64,000 nt of DNA from Felis catus (Eukaryota), in NCBI RefSeq assembly GCF_018350175.1, contig NC_058368.1:234486001-234550000 (forward strand), read 5' to 3'. The position numbers and the translations under genes are program-made. Of the stretch, positions 51,201-63,358 are shown piece by piece. Below the pieces are notes generated by a model. That model saw only the letters and a list, made by a program, of their open reading frames with translations. It was not told where the DNA came from and ran no database searches. Positions within the stretch are counted from its first letter, which is position 1; each line of letters opens with the position of its first letter.

Positions 51201-51479
51201 CAAAAGTAACTTTTGATCTTAAAAAATGCATCGACTTGGGTGTTCCGCCATAAAAACCAATTGGATTACAACATATTCACTATCCTTTCGACCTTAGGCT
51301 GTCCACTACTGCTGAATTCTAGGACCACCGACCCTCCAGCGGGTGTTGGAAAAAAACCCATCAACGGTCTGGTCCTCCTGGATTAGCCACACCACCGATG
51401 CCAGCCCCAGGCAAATGCACGTTCTGGGGCTGGAAGTCCATAGCATAGTCCACACCGACACCTGCTTTGAAAGAAAGGC

Positions 51480-51860
51480 TCTGTTTGGGGCTCAACTCTG
51501 TCCCCAATATTTATGTTGATGTTCTCACCCCCAGGAGCTCCGAATCTGACTGCATTTGGAGACGGAATCTTTCCCGAAGCGATTAAGGTAAAATGAAGCC
51601 ATCCGGGTGGGCCCTCATCCAAGGTGACAGGTGTCCTTGTAAGAAGAGATCAGGACACAGACCGCACAGAGGGACGCCCATGTGAGGACACGGGGAGAAG
51701 AGGGCTTTGGCAGTCTAGGAGAGGCCTCAGGGGAACCAAACTCGCCGACACCTAGAGCTCAGAGGTCCGGCCTCCCAAACTGTGAGGAAATAAATGTCTG
51801 CTGTTTAAGCCACCTGTCTGTGGTGCCTTGTGATCCCGGCATCCTCTGAATAATAATATA
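51480..51860 (+). mobile_element. MLT1 LTR (MLT1A/B-like)
   Basis: gcatttggagacgg...gggtgggccctcatcc...ggtgtccttgtaagaagag...aactgtgaggaaataaatgtctgctgtttaagccacc. Confidence 0.82.
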
Positions 51861-51898
51861 GCCGAATACAGCTCCAACCAGAAAAGTCACAGCTGAAT

Positions 51899-52017
51899 GG
51901 AAGGGAGTGGGGAGAGGGGAGAGAGAGGGAGGGAGAGAGAGAAGGAGAGAGAGGGAGGGAGGGAGGGAGAGAAAGCAAGAGAGAGAGGGAGGGAGGGAGG
52001 GAGGGAGAGAGAGGGAG
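51899..52017. repeat. Polypurine (GA/GGGA)n tract
   Basis: About 118 bp, almost purely A/G. Confidence 0.92.
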
Positions 52018-52633
52018 TGAATTTACAGTGGCTCAGAGACTTCCAACAGGGACATGGCCACGAAGAAATGAAGGAAAAGGTGTTTGCGGACAACTATTCA
52101 AATCACACCCTTCACGCTCAAACTGTGTAAAAAATGAACCCCAAACCGGGACACCATCAGTCGGCTGGGGAAGTGGAACAGGGTCCCTCCCTCACCGTCT
52201 CTTGGAGCCCAGATTCGGCCTCCGTCAGGCGTCTGCCTCGTGCTTTCTGGCAAGTAGGAGGGTGACATTTCAAGGGCACATGATTAAAAACAAAAACAAT
52301 AAATCTAGTTCTCGTTTGCTAAAACACCGTGACCGGTAGATTTTGTGTTTAGAGAAAAAAAGAAAACACAAGTCATGTGGGATCCACACGGTGCTGGGGG
52401 TGAAATTCTTTGGGTGCTTACTGTCAACCGGCAATCGCCTTTTTGATCGAGTGTCGTTTTGTTGCTAAAAACGTCCACTGTCCCGACATTTACAGAGCAT
52501 TCGACACCTGTAGTCTCTTTGATGATTCAGGATCCTGCAGTACCCGAAGGTCACCGCCTCAGTTGCGTGCTGACAGCTGCGAGGGCAGGGCTACCTTCGT
52601 GGGCCCCACGTGCCCCCACGGAGCCCCACCAAA

Positions 52634-52840
52634 GTGCTCCTCCTGTGGGGAGGCGCTCCCTTTATGGGGAGGTGGTCCCCCTGAGGGGAGGCGCTCCCTT
52701 TATGGGGAGATGGTCCCCCTGAGGGGAGGCGCTCCCTTTAGTGGGAGATGCTCCCCCTGTGGGGAGGCGCTCCCTTTATGGGGAGATGGTCCCCCTGAGG
52801 GTAGGTGCTCCCTTTATGGGGAGGTGCTCCCCCTGTGGGG
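52634..52840. repeat. Minisatellite of about 11 units of 19 bp, arranged as a 38-bp dimer
   Basis: Alternating ggggaggcgctccctttat and ggggagRtgStccccctgW. Confidence 0.93.
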
Positions 52841-55524
52841 ATCACATGGTTCTCCAGGCTGGGAGACAGCAGGGACCCGTGAGGAAGCACGTGCCCCATG
52901 AGCTGGGAGCAGGAAGCTCTGGGCTTGCGCAGGGAAGGGAGCTGCTCAGCCAGAGTGCGGGGCAGGGGGAGAGCAGAGGTTGCAAGGAGGAGGTGAGGTG
53001 GAGAGGGGCCTGTATGGATGCTGGGATTCCCATGGGGCACTTGGCTTTGGGGTGCTAAGGGGCAAGGCAGCTCCTCCCGGGGCAGCTCGCTGAGTCCTCC
53101 CAGGGATGCCGAATGGACTCCTGTTCCAGCGTGTGAGGAGGGGGTGGGGGGCTGAAGGGACCCACAGACCCGCTGCTGAGACACTGAGCCCAGTCTCCCT
53201 AGAGTCAGGTGCTCACCGCCCTCCGGCCTCCCTGCTGTCCCGGGGCCTGAGCAGGTGGGGAGCAGAGGGAAGACGGGGGAGCGGAGGGGAGGGTGGGGGG
53301 TAGTGGGGAGGACAGGGGAGTGGAGGGAGGGCTACGCTAGGGCCTGAACTGCAGAGGGAGGCCAGCAGTAGTGAGTGGGGAGGTGGTAACACAAAAGGCG
53401 CGTTAGATAAATGTTCCGCACAGGAGAAACAAGAGAGTTTGAAAACGGGGAAATGATGAGTGGAGACTCCGTTTCCTCTGACGCCCGGTAGGGGCTAACT
53501 CTGGAAGCATGTGTACGTGGCCCATGGTGCGCTGGGAGCTGGTGTTGGGAGACCGGGTCTTGGCCCCCCACGCTGACCCCCAAGCAGGAAGTGAGCTGGC
53601 TCCTGTCCTCCGGCTGTGCTCCCCCCCCCCCCCCCCCCCGCCCCGCCTCTGACTCTGACCTGACTCTGAGCCGCTGTGTCCTGGGTCCTTGAGCAGGGCG
53701 GGGGGTGGGCACGGAGAAGCATCACAGAGCGCCCCACAGAGCAGGACTGTAGGGGGTGCAGGGTCTCCCATGGGCTTCCCTAGCACCTTCTCCTCCTGAA
53801 CAGTGGCGGCCAAGGCTGACACCCGGTCACGGGACAGCAATTTGGTGAGTTATATCTTGCTAATTTCCCGGTTTTCTGCTATGACGTTAAAATATCCACT
53901 CTTACTTAGACAGAACCTAAGTACTGTCTGCTACTCCGCTTTGCTCTGAAATTTCAGTGTCTTTGTCACGAGTCGAAGAAAACTAAGAAGGCGGTCACGT
54001 TTACTGAGTGCCGGATTCTGGCATTGCCCCTCATGGGTCCTGCATGAGGATGATGTCATTGATCCCTCGGAGGGGTGGCTTCTCCTCGGGACACCAGCAC
54101 AGGTGGCCCTCAGAGCTCCGAATGCTTCCGGCTGCACCACGTAAAAATATCCAGCACAGGCAACAGCCGCCCTCCAGTCCAAATAATCAACGTCCCAAAT
54201 GTCATTGAGGCACTTGACATCCGAAGGGGGGGGGGGGACACCTGACGCCTCTGTGTGCACCTGGTGCAGTGCTGTGCAGCCCGCCAGAGAGCCCGGGCCG
54301 AAGGCGGCCTTTCCGGACCCGTGGCTGCCAGGAGGGTGCCCGCTCTGAGCTCGGCGGGCGAGCGCAGGCAGGCTGAGCCTGCCTCTTTCCCGGGGACCTG
54401 TGCACAGTGGCCCTGGCCCAGCTCTACCCGAGAAGGGCGGCCAGCAGTGGCGAGAACCGCACGTTCGCGGATGCAACAGTGAAATCGGGTGCTTCCAACG
54501 AGGACTCTACGAACAGACAGACAGCGAGTACGTGTGCTGGAAAGTTCTATGGGAATGGGCTGGAAGCTATTTCCCATCTTTTTCCATTGACGGGAAAACA
54601 ACTCACGCCTCTGACCTTGGACTTTTGGAATTTTGTCTGGTGCAGGATTTTCAATCTCCTGTAGCTTTGTTGTTCCCACCGAGGAATTTAAAATCATAAT
54701 ACATGCGAAGAGAATTTGCTTTAAATGGCAAAGAAATGCCAATGTTATCAAAGCTCAAGAAACGTCACTGACATCTTGGTGGGCTCATTCACTACGTCTA
54801 CTTTTCCCAACCCTGCTTAATTATGTGATTCAACGAATTAAAAAAACAAATACCTTAGACTATTCTGGAAAGAGAGTCAGTGTAAGATCACAGCACAAAT
54901 GCTATGCGTAAGCCTGGGCTTTGGGAAACCTGTGGGTCAAGGCCCAGCTCCTGGCCCCGTGTGGCCTAAGGCCTGAAGCCCACGGACTGTGGGAGGGGGT
55001 AGTGGCCACACCACAAGCCCACAAGCTTTACAACGTGCACCGGCAAGGAGATAGGGACGGGGCCCCGCGCCGAGCAAACCCCACACTCCTCTTCATCCAG
55101 GTGGCTCTTTCTTTTCTCTGCAGTCATTCCCAAACCCGCATTCTTTGCCCAGACTTTCTTCACATTACCGTGTGATAAATTTAACATATGGTACGTGCGT
55201 CAGGTTTGCAAGAACTGGGTTTTAAAAGGTTTTACTCCTCCAACCTCAGCGATGCCTTCTAGAATATTCTGAAATATTTTCTGCGATGCCACCTACTCGC
55301 AAGTGTTGGGACTTACTGGCTTCGAAGAAGCGCAGAAACTAGCGAGATGCAGGTGGTCTGGCAGGAGACGGGAGAGAAGAAGATGGGATACAAAGTAGCG
55401 ATATTCATGGGGACAACATAACGGGGAACAGGAAAGGAAGGTACTCACTGGCCGACGACCGACCGGATGATTCAGAGAATCCTATGTCTGAAAGCAAAGA
55501 TCGCTTATGAAAAATTCTCCCTTC

Positions 55525-55749
55525 GGGGCACCTGGGCGGCTTAGTCAGTTAAGTGTCTGTTGATTTCAGCTCTGGTCGTGATCTCACGGTTTGTGAGTTC
55601 GAGCCCCACGTCAGCGGGCTCTGCGATGACAGTGTGGAGCCTGCTTGGGATTCCCTCTCTCTCGTTCTCTCTCTCTCTGCCCCACCCCTGCTCACGCTCT
55701 CTGTCTCTCAAAATAAGTAAATACATAACTTTAAAAAAATTTTAAAGAA
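55525..55749 (+). mobile_element. CAN-SINE
   Basis: 16-bp TSD gaaaaattctcccttc at 55509-55524 and 55750-55765. Confidence 0.95.
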
Positions 55750-56937
55750 GAAAAATTCTCCCTTCTTATCACTCACTCAAACTATACCTGCCTTATCAGA
55801 CCAGGTAGCATTACTGAATTATTTTTCTTAAGACCAAATGCATTAGAAAATAATAGCCTTTCCGGGTAGATGTAGGAGCCTGAATTTTCCTCAACCCTTT
55901 GGGCAACTTAATTTAATAGTCCAGTAGTCCAGAAGTTTCCACTGAAATCTACGGGGCCGGGCCCACCGGGAGGAGGCCCATTGTGTCCTGAGTGCGTGCT
56001 GAGTGAGGGCACAGTCCTTTGTCCCTCAAGTCCTACAGCCACTGCTTTGTGCCGGACCGTCTTCTCTCTAGTTAGTGGCCTCTCACACCCGGATCTTTGA
56101 CAAGTCCTACATGATGATGCTACAAAATGAGACCACACAGAGGGAAGAAGATGCACCTCGGAATTCGAAGTCCCTAGTTCCCGCTGGAGAAGCAGCGGTC
56201 TGGTTCAATCCCATCACGGACGGGCGCCCCAGAAAACAGACACCCGCCTCGCCTCTGCTGGCTGCCAGCCGAGCCCATTGTGCTCCTCGCGCCCGAAAGC
56301 CCTGCCTGTCTTGGACCTCCGAAAAGCACGCACGTGAATGTGCCCTGACGTGGCAAAGCCACGTGCAAACCACGCTCTGGGCTGGGGGCGCCTGGCCCCC
56401 ACCGGCCCACCCTGCATCGGCCGGCACCTGCTGGTGCCCTCCCGCCCTCCTCCTGCACTCGTGCCTCTTAGAGACGGCTGCACCCTTCGTGTACCTCCTC
56501 CCGCGTCCGGGTTTGAGGGTCTCTCCCGATTGGGTGCTGACGCACACCCGCTTCTGAGGTGGCACCATGGATCCCTTCGTCCACGGGCCTTAAAAGTTCA
56601 ACAGTGTGGCCTGCCCTTGTGCCGTTTATGGCCTCGTCAAGGGCGATGACGTCGAGGGCTGCCTGACAGCAGGTGCACAGCCCGCCGGGCTCGACCTTCC
56701 CAGCGAAGCCTGCAGAGCCCAAGGCTTATCTGAACAGGGGACCAGCAAGCCCCAGAGACTCAGGGCTGTGCGGTCAGGGTCAAGGTGCAGACTGAAGTCC
56801 TTTAATATTTTTCTCAGGCTAGGGTGACTGAAATGATGTCAACCAAAAGATCTGATGACAGCTAGATAGTCTGCAGGAGAGAAAAAGAGACTCAAATGCG
56901 AAAACTCAGTCTGAGCAACGGTGAGTAGAACTGTTTC

Positions 56938-57140
56938 TTTTCTAATATTTTTGTATATTTTTGAGAGACAGAGAGTGAGTGAGGGAGGGGCAGAGAGAGA
57001 GGGAGACACAGAATCCGAAGCAGGCTCCAGGCTCTGAGCTGTCAGCACAGAGCCTGATGCAGGGCTTGAACCCACAAACAGTGAGATCATGACCTGAGCT
57101 GAAGTCGGACGCTTAACCGACTGAGCCACCCAGACGCCCC
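56938..57140 (-). mobile_element. CAN-SINE
   Basis: Full body; TSD agaactgtttc. Confidence 0.95.
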
Positions 57141-58789
57141 AGAACTGTTTCCATTTGCTGGCTATGATGCTGAAAACATCGCCCACCGGAAGACACAGCT
57201 ATGGCCCCAGCCACTGAGGCCCGTCAACCGATTTAGATATTACAGACTCCAACTTCACGTACAAGAGAACACCCCTCCCTAGGCTGCTGGGCCCAACGGG
57301 CTGAGAAACACAAGGACAGAGGATGCTTGAGCCTCTCGTGACCTCAGAGATTGAGTTTCAGATCTCAGTATGGCTCAACTGTGGGAAAATCACCATTCAG
57401 CCTATACACCCCGGAGGATCAGTGAACTCTAGGCCACCCCCTCTCCTCATGGGAATGTTGCTCCTACCCACCCGAGTCTTAGGATTTGCACGGATCCTGG
57501 AGGCATCCAGGCACTCTCCAAGCAAACGCAGGAAGACCGGCCCTAGGCGTGGGCCTGAGCTCAGGGTCCTAATGGAATGTGAGGCAGGCGCTGGTGTTCA
57601 CTCTGATTAACCTCCAATTGTCACAACGTCACGTATCAGCTCCCAGGTGTTCCTGAGAAAATGCAGGAAGTCCTACAGGTTGGAGCTTTCAACTAGATCT
57701 CCCTTGAATTCCACTCAAGGAAAGGACTTTCCTGGAGGTACTAGAAAGGCAATACCCTACCACGGTGAAATTCTCTTGACACTGGACTGAGGCAATCCGG
57801 GTGATTATTTGGTTTCTAAGCCAGGTCTTCATCTTAAAAGAAAATGGTAACCCCAAAGTGTCCCAGTTATCATATTCCATAATGAATCAAAGCATCTCAG
57901 CCATAGTTAATGGCTAACGAAGCCATTTGGTGTGCGCGGAGATAGGGTAAAAGTAAACGTATTCAGTAACAATATTCTCACACGTAATTTTCTGACTTAG
58001 CAGCAGCAAAGAAAATTAAGCTAATGTAAAGATATGCTAACAAATAGGATTCCTGAGAGAGCAAAGTGGTAAAGGTGAAAAATAGCCTCTGATCTGTGGC
58101 TGGACTATACAGAGTCACGGTTACTGTCAGAAACCAGATCCTGGCAAAGTACAAGGACTTGACAATGCAAAGCCAACAGAGGCAGTGACACAGTAAGAGG
58201 CAGCGGCTCCGAGAGGGGAAAAAAGACAGGCTACCGTGAGACTTTTGTGAGTATTTGTAAAATCGTGGTCAGATATGAAAAAATTCGAGCCAACTGGATG
58301 TCAACATAGCCCTGAAATGCTAACAGCTATGAAAGCTTATCCCTTCGTGTAATAGATTTAAACGTGAGTCAGTTCTGGGTCTTTGGTGACAGTTTCCTTG
58401 TGTGTTTATTTCACTGCCCACTCTACTTCTTCGAAAGAAGGAACATCTATTGATGGCCCCCTCTGTGCGTGGCACTTGGAACATCACTTCCTCTGGGCGT
58501 CACGATTCACCTGTGGAATGGGATTACACTTTCCATCTTCAGGATGGTGAGGTCCCTGAGGCCCAAGGAGGTGGCCACCTGCCCAGCAGGGAAGGAGGTT
58601 CCGGAAGACGGATGGTATCAGAGCCCTTCCCTCACCTTGATGTCCACGGCTTTATCCCAACAGGACGATGGGAGAGCTGACTATATGTTGGGACTTCTAA
58701 GCTTCATTCCCAGTGGTTCTGGCCACGAGCTGCATGATACGCTTGTAGAGCTTTCCCAAGACAGCCGTCAACATTGACAGCCACGAACT

Positions 58790-59260
58790 ACCCGGAGTTC
58801 TTAACTGGGGCCACGTATCCCTGAGGGTACAAGGGTACAGAAGCTTGGATGGAAAACACGCCTTTATTTTCACTACCTCCTAACTGCAATTCAGGACATC
58901 GTTTAATTAGGATGGGAGGTAACAAACCACAGCCTTGACTCTGTCACCAACAGAAATTGAGATAAAAAAACAAAATCACGTTAGCTTTGGAATAGATATC
59001 TTGAAATGCCGTTACTTACTACCTCCAATTAGAGGAGTCATCAGATCTGTCGTTAGATTTCCATATTAAACATGTTCATAAAGAGGTGCTTCTTAATTTC
59101 TGTTTTAGTCCATCACTTTTAAAAATGTGGTAATTGTACTTAAATGTAATTGATTTCCTTTGAAATCCTAGGAATTTTCTTTTGTGCATTAAAAAAATTG
59201 CCCCGAGGAGGGGTCCACAGGCCTCCCCAGATGCCAAGGGACCGTGCAGTCCTCAAGGTG
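58790..59260. mobile_element. hAT-Charlie DNA transposon relic (Charlie4a-like)
   Basis: ctttattttcactacctcctaactg..., aacaaaccacag, tgtcaccaacagaaat, tttcctttgaaatcct, ggggtccacaggc. Confidence 0.7.
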
Positions 59261-60494
59261 GCCTTGTCAGGGTCAGAGGTGGCAGAAAGGGCTCCTGGGG
59301 GCTTCAGTTCTTCTCCGATGGATCTGGGAGAATAACCAATGTCTCCTAACCACAGAAAGGCAGATGCCAGGATCCCCCTTTAAATAAAATAACTTAAAAA
59401 AAATCATCCTAATTCAATCCAGCAGAGTTCAAACTCACGTTTTTTTTAGATTAGTTTGATTTATGAATTATAATAATTTCCTTTAAGCTTTAAATAATTT
59501 TACTGGTTGATCCTACAGTTGGAGAAACTGTTTTCGAAGAGCTCAGATTATGATGTTTCCTAATATACACTGCACACGTGATCAGAGAATAAACGAGCAT
59601 ATCTGTGAGCCGGGGGATCTCTGCGGCCACTCTGGGCGGCTTCCTTCTGGGCTGGTGGAGGCCACTTCCCCAGGACCCTAACCTGTGTGATATGCTTCCC
59701 ACCCCCCCCCCCGGAGGGACTGGAGGGGGCTCTCAGCCCAGGGACGTGTTCTCTGCATGCGAAGAAGCTTCCCTGAGAAACAGCCCCCTTGCACAAAGTG
59801 AGATTAAAGAAATGATTAATTTAGTAGTTTGATAACTTTTTAAAAAGTTTTACATTTTAAAGGCTTGTAATATTCCACTAGTTACAATTAATTTAAGCTT
59901 GTAACAAGATTCAGTCCCCGGTTTCTTCCATAATATTTCTCCTTTTCCCTGGCCTGGAAATAGAGTGAATTAGTGGATGTCATTATTGTGAAAGACCTCA
60001 ACCCAGATCACTCCTTGCAGCAATTAATATTTATTTTGTACATTTACATCCAATTCCTGACTGGTGTCTCCTGGGGAGCAAAATGGGCACCCAGCCTGAC
60101 ACTCCAAATTCACCCTAATTCGTATGTGTCAACAAGGTAAAAATCATTGTTTTAATAATTACGTGCGCAAAATGTCCCAATTTATAAAATGGCAAAGGCT
60201 GCTTTTTATTATAACCCGCAAATAATCAATTCTGTTACTCCATATTCTGATTTCTGGAAATGTATGATCTTCAAGATCAAAAGACAGAAAGCGCCACCTT
60301 GATATTTTTCTGGAAATGTTTGCTTCGATTTCCAAGTAAGTTGAACACATTTCAATCCAAAGTGCAGTCGAATCCATTATAAGATAGTATTTCCTTACCT
60401 CTCTCATCAAAGAACTTTTAATTAAAAAAACATCTTGGGACTGCTTGCCAAATATTGTGATGGAGAAATGGTGTTTTCCAGAACTTATTTTTAT

Positions 60495-60734
60495 TTTTTT
60501 TATTTATTATTTTTTTTTAATTTTTTTTTCAACGTTTATTTATTTTTGGGACAGAGAGAGACAGAGCATGAACGGGGGAGGGGCAGAGAGAGAGGGAGAC
60601 ACAGAATTGGAAACAGGCTCCAGGCTCCGAGCCATCAGCCCAGAGCCTGACGCGGGGCTCGAACTCATGGACCGCGAGATTGTGACCTGGCTGAAGTCGG
60701 ACGCTTTAACCGACTGCGCCACCCAGGCGCCCCC
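60495..60734 (-). mobile_element. Young feline-type SINE (SINEC_Fc)
   Basis: Near-consensus body (ccgagccatcagcccagagcc...ccgactgcgccacccaggcgcccc), long tail, TSD cagaacttattttt. Confidence 0.95.
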
Positions 60735-61199
60735 AGAACTTATTTTTAAAGTGGTAATTTTTTAAACCGGAGTAGCAATTATGTTCCAAAAGCATTTCTT
60801 TCTCGGGTTTTTCAGAAATTTTAAAATGCCTTTCCTTTTTCTGTGTACAAGGAAGGCAACAATGATGGTCTTTCTCCTACAGTTTTGAAAGATGTACAAC
60901 ATTCTCCTGTTTCAGACAATTTGTACCGTGAGCGTGTTTGGACCAACTTTGCTGGTAATTCAGTAGATTGGATACGTTATCCCTCCCTCGTGGATCAGTT
61001 CTGAGCGTTGTAGCAAAACGAAGCTTGGCATCATTGCAAACGCGTCTCTAAAAGGTGCACAGGGACCCATGGGGGACGACCAAACTGCACATGTCACTTG
61101 GCCGGGATGGCTTCCACTTGCCAACTCAACAGCTCACTGAAAGCTGGTGGTTCTGGCACTGGACTACCTGATGCCAACTCAGCTTTCCCCTTCACTCGC

Positions 61200-61355
61200 C
61201 ATCTGCCTTAGGCACAGGTTCAACCTCAGCGGGCCTCAGTCTCCTCCTCTGTAAAACGGGGAGAACAAATAGCACCTGACTCATAGGCTGTTGCAAGGAT
61301 TTAATCCAATGGCCAACATAAGGCATCTGCACGGCAGCCTGTCCGTGGTAAGCAG
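61200..61355 (+). mobile_element. MIR
   Basis: aacctcagcgggcctcagtctcctcctctgtaaaacgggg...tcataggctgttgcaaggatt. Confidence 0.7.
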
Positions 61356-62148
61356 CCAACACACGTTCACCTCCTGTTGTGTTGCAAACAGGGGCAAAGC
61401 GAAAGGACTGTGGTGTCTGCTGAGATAAGCCCGTCGCGTGACGAACGATTTATTTGGCGCGCACGATGTGTCTGGTATTGTGCGATGGGAGTAATACGTA
61501 AACGCAGTCTAGCAGGATAAGAACAGAAATGAGTGCCTTCCAGAAAGTGTGAGTGCTTCGGAAGAGGGTTTTTTGCAGAGGAATTGGAGCATCGGGGTCG
61601 GCTGGACCTCACCGGGTGGATGTCGGGGGCGGGGGGGGCCGGCCCGGGAGCCAAGCAAGGATGTATAGGACCAGCAGCTGGGGCTGGGAGAGGCTGGTGG
61701 AGGACGGACCTCTAGGAGGCCACAGCAGGTGGGGAGGGTTTGAGGGGTATTCCATAAGGGGCGTCATGAAGGGTGCGGGAGCCAGGCCTACGTCTTGGGG
61801 AAGCCAGGGAGGCGGCAGCAGGGAGGAAGGACGGGGACAGAGAGGCTGGACGGGGCATTGCAGGGGTCCACGCAGGAGATGATAAGCATCTAATGAGGCA
61901 GGAGCGCAGGGCGGAGAAGAAAAGGCAGGCGGGAAAACATGAAAGGCGGAGTCCCAGCTCTCTGCTCCCTGCCCACGCCCAAGCCTGCCGGCTGGGGAAG
62001 GGGCTCGTCAGGTGACTTCTCGGCTCCCACAGACACGCCCTGCTCTCCATTCCCCATCCTTTGCCACCTGTTAGGTCCCAAATCTGCTTCTTCCCCCGAC
62101 TTTCTCAATCTGGGGTCCTGGGTCCCCCGGCACTGCTTTCTCCCTCCC

Positions 62149-62243
62149 AGACTCACCGAAGTGGCTGGCCAGGAGGAGGACACCAGGAAGGACACCAGGA
62201 GGACACTTCGGAGACTCACCGAAGTGGCCGGCCAGGAGGAAGA
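62149..62243. repeat. Direct repeat of about 32 bp with 63-bp period
   Basis: agactcaccgaagtggcYggccaggagga at 62149 and 62212. Confidence 0.9.
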
Positions 62244-63199
62244 ATGGGGAAGGGAAGCCTTGGGGACACCAAGAGTGACACAGCTGCCATGGCCAAGTCA
62301 AGGTAGACCCTCAGTAGGTGGGTGCTGCGTGAACAAATGAATGAAGTATGATGATGAAAAATGAGCAAACAATCCTTTTAGTTTGCTGACTTACTGGGTA
62401 GGGAAGCGTAGACGTTACTGGAAACATTTCTGCCGTTACAACGACTCCTTTGTGTGTTTTGGGAATGCCTGATTGTCCCATTTACGGGCAATGAAACAGC
62501 ATTCGGGAAAGCAGCGAGCCTGAGCGTTAGAGTCCCACCCACCTGTAGGGGACAATGCTCCTTCTGAGAACATCACACAGAAGGTTCGAAGATCCCACTG
62601 ACCCCAGGATCCCACCTCTCCCACATCCCCAGGGCACACATGGGCCACTGCCAGAGGTCAGGGCCACAGATACCCAACAAAGGGGCGCTTATCCAAACAG
62701 CAACCAAGGTATGACTGTGGGGCTGCCTGACACGCCAAAGGCCAACGTGAACGGGTCTGTCATTGTCCCCACTGGGTACTTCTCCGTGGCAGGCACTCGA
62801 CGCGTGTCTTAGGCACCACTGTATGCCCGGTAACTGTCTAGTACATAGTAGGCACTCAATACCTGTGTCATGGGAACTGGTTGATTCCTACTAGTTACTT
62901 CTGGGTAGTCCGAGTGCCTGAGCCCTAACGGCTGCGTCTAATGCGTCAGTGAACTCTCTCGAGCACACTTCCTTTTCCAGGGGCCATGCTCCCCTCGGTT
63001 TAGGGAGGAAGGACGTGGTTTTATGACGGCCTCCTCTATAAGAGGAGGGCTCCCAGGGGGCTCAGCCAGGCCGGACACAGGACAGTGAGTCCAACAAGGC
63101 AGGAGGGGAGAAGGTAAGACAGTTACCTCCACGGCCACGGACACTCCTGCTGTGGCCACTGGTGAGGAAATGCACGTGGACAAGGTGAGCAACTCGTGG

Positions 63200-63358
63200 C
63201 CCAGGGTGGCTTTTTCAATCCTGGCCCACACATTAGAATCACCTTGGAGTTTTTCCAAGCCGTCCCCAGGGCCTGATCCTGAGGGGAGGGCTCCGGCACC
63301 AGAATCCTTGAAAGCCTCCCAGGGCATCCAATTTACCGAGGGAGCTGAGAACCACTGG
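63200..63358. mobile_element. MER5-like hAT relic
   Basis: cacattagaatcacc...gctgagaaccactg terminus. Confidence 0.6.

Noticed and set aside
52410..52901. 163-aa Cys/Gly repeat ORF
   Set aside because: Translation of the 19/38-bp minisatellite.
63030..63048. Hairpin cctcctct-ata-agaggagg / TATA-like box
   Set aside because: An 8-bp stem is expected by chance in 64 kb, and there is no other promoter evidence.
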